Source: Terriglobia bacterium
GTDB lineage: Bacteria > Acidobacteriota > Terriglobia > 20CM-2-55-15
Assembly: GCA_963664115.2 (NCBI GenBank)
Contig: CAXWPJ010000006.1
Span: 288,001 to 352,000 of the forward strand
Reading direction: 5' to 3'
Length of the DNA stretch: 64,000 nt
The notes under the pieces are model-generated. The model did no database searches and was not told where the DNA came from. It saw only the letters and a list, made by a program, of their open reading frames with translations. Each line of letters starts with the position of its first letter. Positions within the stretch are counted from its first letter, which is position 1. The translations under genes and the position numbers were made by a program. This document shows, piece after piece, positions 59,746 to 64,000 of this stretch.

Positions 59746-61458
59746 ATGACAGATCTGCCCTTCTTGGGTGAGTTCGTTATCATCCTCGCCTCGGCCGTGG
59801 TTGCCGTCGTTCTTTTGCGACGTCTTGGAATTCCTTCCATCGCTGGATTCATTGTTGCTGGAGCCCTGGTCGGCCCAAACGCGCTGGGCCTTGTAGCGGA
59901 CATTCAGAATGTAGAGATACTCGCCGAATTGGGGGTCGTGCTGTTGCTATTCGGCATCGGCCTCGAACTATCGTTGGAGCGTATGCGCGGCCTCTGGAGC
60001 GCGATCGCGGTTGGTGGCTCCATCCAGGTTGGCGCGACCATTCTGGTGGTTGTCGGCATCTGTGCTGTGTTCGGTATTAGTATCCGCTCAGCAGTGCTCA
60101 TCGGTTGCATTATTGCGATCTCCAGCACAGCCATCGTACTGCGAGGTTTGTCGGCGCGGGGAGAGCTCGAGGCGCCGCACGGGCGACTTGCGCTCGGCAT
60201 TCTCGTTTTTCAGGATCTATGCGTCGTTCCGATGGTCCTCGTCATTCCGTTGCTGGCGAACACGCAGGAAAGCGAGACGAGCCCGCTTCTGGCGCTATTG
60301 ACAGCCGTGGGCGTTATCTCTGGAGTGTTGGCGGTGGCCAAGTGGGTGGTCCCCCGCCTATTCGATGTCGTCGCGGCCACGCGACAGCGTGACCTGTTCG
60401 TCCTCTCCGTCTTCCTGGTTGGTCTAGGGATTGCTTGGGCAGTTTCGCGCGCCGGTGTCTCGCTCGCCTTGGGCGCGTTCCTCGCAGGATTGGTGGTTGC
60501 GAGCGGTAAGTACAGACAGCAGGCGTTCTCCGACCTTCTGCCATTGCGTGAGGTGCTTGCCAGCACTTTTTTCGTCTCCATAGGCATGCTTCTCGATGTG
60601 CGGACTGTGATCCAGAACGCGATCCCCATTCTTGGTCTTTTTCTGGCCATCGTTCTCGGCAAGTTCGCAATTATCTTCCTTACCGCCAAGCTCATGAAGC
60701 TGCCATTGCGAGTGTGTATCCTAGCCGGTGCCGCCCTCTGTCAGGTGGGCGAGTTCTCGTTTGTCTTGCTCCGTGCAGCTGATGGCAGCGGACTGCTTGA
60801 CCCATTATTTTCTGAATACCTCACGGTGGCTGTAATCCTGTCCATGCTCGGTACGCCGTTCGCACTCTCTCTCGGGCCTCGTTTGGCCAGCGGCATTGGA
60901 AAAGTGAGTTTGGTGAACCGGCTGTTTCGCATTCGTATGGCAGTCGACCTACATGCGGACGAGTCGCTCAGGCATCATGTCATCATTGCAGGATACGGCC
61001 TGACAGGTCAGTCGATTGCCCGATCACTCGAGGTGCGTGACATTCCTTTCATCATCGTCGATCTCAATATCGACAACGTCAACAGCGCAACGCCACAGGC
61101 GGCATCGGCCTACTTCGGAGACGTGACGAGCGTAGAGGTCCTGGAGCATGTCGGCGCGCCACGCGCCAGGATGATCGTTCTTTCGATAAATGACCACGAC
61201 GCCACAATCCGTGCGATCGCGGCATGCCGTAGTGTTGCACCTGGGCTCCGCATTGTTGCTCGGACCCGTTTCGCTGCTGATGTTGGTCTCCTGAAAAAAG
61301 CAGGAGCAACACACGTCATTGACGTTGAAACTGCGGCCGCTGGCGAGGTCGCCGGTTGTGTCGTGGAACACCTGGGTTCTGACGGTGCCACGGAGGACCT
61401 GCGTGGTCAAGCGATTCGCGTTTCTGGAGACGGAAATACGGGGCGGAATGATGAGTAG
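59746..61458 (+). CDS. CPA2 (Kef-type) cation/H+ antiporter with TrkA-N (RCK) domain
   Basis: [46 protein letters not shown]. Confidence 0.92.
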   Translation: MTDLPFLGEFVIILASAVVAVVLLRRLGIPSIAGFIVAGALVGPNALGLVADIQNVEILAELGVVLLLFGIGLELSLERMRGLWSAIAVGGSIQVGATILVVVGICAVFGISIRSAVLIGCIIAISSTAIVLRGLSARGELEAPHGRLALGILVFQDLCVVPMVLVIPLLANTQESETSPLLALLTAVGVISGVLAVAKWVVPRLFDVVAATRQRDLFVLSVFLVGLGIAWAVSRAGVSLALGAFLAGLVVASGKYRQQAFSDLLPLREVLASTFFVSIGMLLDVRTVIQNAIPILGLFLAIVLGKFAIIFLTAKLMKLPLRVCILAGAALCQVGEFSFVLLRAADGSGLLDPLFSEYLTVAVILSMLGTPFALSLGPRLASGIGKVSLVNRLFRIRMAVDLHADESLRHHVIIAGYGLTGQSIARSLEVRDIPFIIVDLNIDNVNSATPQAASAYFGDVTSVEVLEHVGAPRARMIVLSINDHDATIRAIAACRSVAPGLRIVARTRFAADVGLLKKAGATHVIDVETAAAGEVAGCVVEHLGSDGATEDLRGQAIRVSGDGNTGRNDE

Positions 61459-62947
61459 GAAAGACAACGGTCCCGAGAGTTTGCCGCCCGAAGCGTCCCC
61501 CCAAGCCCGCCGCCTTGCGCTCAAACTCTCACGTCCGGTGGAGAAGTTTCTCCATGTGACGGCCGCGAGTGGGATCCTCCTTCTGGTCATGGCAGTGATC
61601 GCCCTTGTCTGGGCAAACTCTCCGTGGGCGTCAACCTACGAGCACCTGCTGCACACTTCCATCTCCTTGGGATTCGGCGAACACGTCTTCACGCGAACCG
61701 TCCATTTCTGGATCAATGAGATCCTCATGGTGGTCTTCTTCTTTGTCGTGGGTTTGGAGGTTCGGCGAGAGCTGTTCGAAGGTGAGCTTTCCACGCTCCG
61801 GCGTGCTGCGTTGCCCGTAGCCGCAGCGTTCGGGGGGATGCTCGTACCGGCGGCGATCTACATCTCGCTCAATGCCGAGTCTCCTTCTGTCAGCGGTTGG
61901 GGAGTACCAATGGCCACCGACATCGCTTTCGCCGTCGGTGTGCTCGCGTTGCTCGGCCGACGAGTTCCGGTGTCGTTACGTGTGTTGCTCCTCGCTTTGG
62001 CGATCATCGACGACATTGGAGCCATCCTCATCATCGCGCTGTTCTATTCCAACGGAGTCGCGGTGAGTGGTCTCGCGATCGTTGCGCTTGGGGTCGTGAC
62101 AGTCGTTGTCATGCAGCGATTCGGTCTGCGGAATCCGTTCATCTATGTTGCACCGGGCATCATGGTTTGGAGCGGAATGCTACACGCCGGAATCCACCCG
62201 ACGATTGCGGGCGTGATCCTTGGGCTACTCACACCCGTGCGAGCTTGGTTCGGCCATGACGGCTTCCTTGCGGAAACGGAGAATTCGCTGGAGAGTTTGC
62301 GCAAGAAGGTCGCTTCGGAGAAGGACCCACGCAAGCTCCTACCTGAACTCGCACGAACCAACGTCGCACGCCGTGAAGCGATCTCGCCGGTAATCCGTAT
62401 TGAAGCCGCGCTTCATCCGTGGGTCGCCTTCGGGATCATGCCGCTGTTTGCTCTAGCAAACGCAGGCGTTGCCCTTGGCGGCCTCGGCGAGGGTTTGTCC
62501 GAGTCGATGGATGTCATGCTGGGAGTTGGCCTGGGTTTGGTTGTCGGTAAGCCGCTCGGGGTCGTCGCCTTCAGTTGGCTGGCCGTTCGTCTCGGTCTCG
62601 CGTCGTTGCCGCGCGGTGTTTCATGGAGCGGTGTACTCGTTGTTGGCTGTGTCGCCGGCATTGGCTTCACGATGGCGCTGTTCATCGGCGCGCTGGCGTT
62701 TTCCGATACTTCAACGTTGGCCGTCGCTAAACTTACCGTGCTGGCCGCTTCTATGGTTGCAGGGGCGGTCGGACTTGTCGTGGGCTACAAATTTCTGCCG
62801 CGCGGCCCTTCGAGCGATGTCGGAAGTCGCGCACAGAGGTCTGCGCTCCAGTTCGAAAAAGCGAACACTTTCTTGACAGGCAAACCGAGTCGGGATCGAC
62901 ACGGGCTATCTCGTGTTCCCGCCTCTTTCAATGAGGTTCTAAGATGA
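61448..62947 (+). CDS. nhaA: Na+/H+ antiporter NhaA
   Basis: [49 protein letters not shown]. Confidence 0.95.
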   Translation: MMSRKDNGPESLPPEASPQARRLALKLSRPVEKFLHVTAASGILLLVMAVIALVWANSPWASTYEHLLHTSISLGFGEHVFTRTVHFWINEILMVVFFFVVGLEVRRELFEGELSTLRRAALPVAAAFGGMLVPAAIYISLNAESPSVSGWGVPMATDIAFAVGVLALLGRRVPVSLRVLLLALAIIDDIGAILIIALFYSNGVAVSGLAIVALGVVTVVVMQRFGLRNPFIYVAPGIMVWSGMLHAGIHPTIAGVILGLLTPVRAWFGHDGFLAETENSLESLRKKVASEKDPRKLLPELARTNVARREAISPVIRIEAALHPWVAFGIMPLFALANAGVALGGLGEGLSESMDVMLGVGLGLVVGKPLGVVAFSWLAVRLGLASLPRGVSWSGVLVVGCVAGIGFTMALFIGALAFSDTSTLAVAKLTVLAASMVAGAVGLVVGYKFLPRGPSSDVGSRAQRSALQFEKANTFLTGKPSRDRHGLSRVPASFNEVLR

Positions 62948-63963
62948 AAATCAGAGTGCTTGATAACGACATCGAGCTCCCAGACTTTGACCCGAAAAAA
63001 TTCGGGGCGAGGCCGGTTCTGATCATTGCCGCGGTTGTTTTCGGGTTGGCGATGGTCTGGAGCGCCGTGTATCAGATTGCGCCCGAAGAGGCCGGAGTCG
63101 TGCTCCGTCTGGGGCGCTTTGTCCGGACGACGGATCCCGGACTCCGCTTCAAGATCCCATTTCTCGAACAGGTTCAGAAAGTGCCGGTCCAGCGGCAGCT
63201 CAAGCAGGAGTTCGGCTTCCGGACTGTTACCGCGGGAGTTCAGAGTAATTTCACGACCGTCGGCTTGAACGACGAGTCGTTGATGTTGACGGGTGACTTG
63301 AACGTGGCCGTCGTGGAGTGGATCGTCCAGTACCGTGTGGCCGACGTCTACGACTACCTGTTTAAAGTGCGCAATGTCGAGGAAACATTCCGTGACATGA
63401 ATGAAGCCGTCATGCGAGAGGTCGTCGGTGATCGTACGGTTACCGAGGTTCTCACGATCGGAAGGCAGGACATCGAGGTCACTGCGCAAGTCCGGCTGCA
63501 GAGGCTGAGCGATCAGTATGAGAACGGAATCCGGATCGAGCAGGTTGTGTTGCAGGACGTCAATCCGCCGGACCCGGTGAAACCTTCCTGGGACGAGGTG
63601 AACCAGGCACAGCAGCAACGGGACCAGTTGATCAACGAAGCGCTGACCGACTACAACAGCGTCATCCCCAGAGCCCGGGGTGAAGCCGAGCAGGCGATTC
63701 TTCAGGCGGAAGGGTACGCGGTGAACCGCGTCAATCGTGCAGAGGGTGATGCCGCCCGCTTTATAGCCGTCTATGACGAGTATCGCCAGGCTCCTGAAGT
63801 GACTCGCCGACGGATGTACCTGGAAACAATGTCGTCCATGATGGCCCGTGTTCCCGGCAAGGTGATCCTCGACAGCAACGCCCAGGGCATTCTTCCGTTG
63901 CTTCCCCTCGATGGAATTACTAACCGGCTCGCCAGCAACTCTCTGAATCAAGGAGGCAACTGA
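62944..63963 (+). CDS. hflK: HflK (SPFH) FtsH modulator
   Basis: [42 protein letters not shown]. Confidence 0.92.
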   Translation: MKIRVLDNDIELPDFDPKKFGARPVLIIAAVVFGLAMVWSAVYQIAPEEAGVVLRLGRFVRTTDPGLRFKIPFLEQVQKVPVQRQLKQEFGFRTVTAGVQSNFTTVGLNDESLMLTGDLNVAVVEWIVQYRVADVYDYLFKVRNVEETFRDMNEAVMREVVGDRTVTEVLTIGRQDIEVTAQVRLQRLSDQYENGIRIEQVVLQDVNPPDPVKPSWDEVNQAQQQRDQLINEALTDYNSVIPRARGEAEQAILQAEGYAVNRVNRAEGDAARFIAVYDEYRQAPEVTRRRMYLETMSSMMARVPGKVILDSNAQGILPLLPLDGITNRLASNSLNQGGN

Positions 63964-64000
63964 TGAAAGGCATGGCCAAAGCTCCACTATTGATATCGGC
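63963..64000 (+). CDS. hflC: Start of probable HflC (runs off the window)
   Basis: TGATG coupling after hflK, GGAGG RBS, hydrophobic start; identity inferred from usual hflKC order. Confidence 0.5.
   Translation, partial: MKGMAKAPLLIS

Noticed and set aside
62785-63987. 400-aa antisense ORF over hflK (similarly 36834-37649, 14362-15225, 24057-24866, 48422-49198)
   Set aside because: Shadow ORFs of well-supported genes in GC-rich DNA, with no recognisable motifs.

Overview
Moderately GC-rich, gene-dense bacterial chromosome segment. Gene content and style suggest an Acidobacteriota-like organism (inference). Positions 1 to ~53.6 kb are mostly housekeeping: two M24 peptidases, ygfZ-like, cbpA/dnaJ, htrA-like, a DRG-type GTPase, lon, thrC, thiO, mqnE, moeB/Z, dinB, smc, purC, cvpA, nadA, apt and an HDOD/hybrid kinase pair. 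Several short REP/MITE-like repeats lie between these genes. From ~53.6 kb to the end is an accessory, partly duplicated cluster. nhaR is divergent from HPF/RaiA-like genes, two beta-carbonic anhydrases, a CBS protein, a Zn-ribbon protein, an orphan ORF, a Ca2+/Na+ exchanger, a Kef-type antiporter, NhaA and HflK(C). The cluster also holds a near-identical 224-bp copy of the nhaR 5' end and operator, and decayed parD-like and purC fragments. It is the best candidate for an undescribed pH/Na+/carbonate homeostasis system. Other notable items are a UvrC paralog with an apparently inactive GIY-YIG nuclease, a mosaic insertion splitting cbpA (probably an assembly artefact), a run of GGA-loop hairpins resembling a CsrA sponge, and a large secreted modular metallopeptidase. 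No rRNA, tRNA, CRISPR array, integrase or intact transposase was recognised. All calls come from motif recognition by eye, with no database searches.
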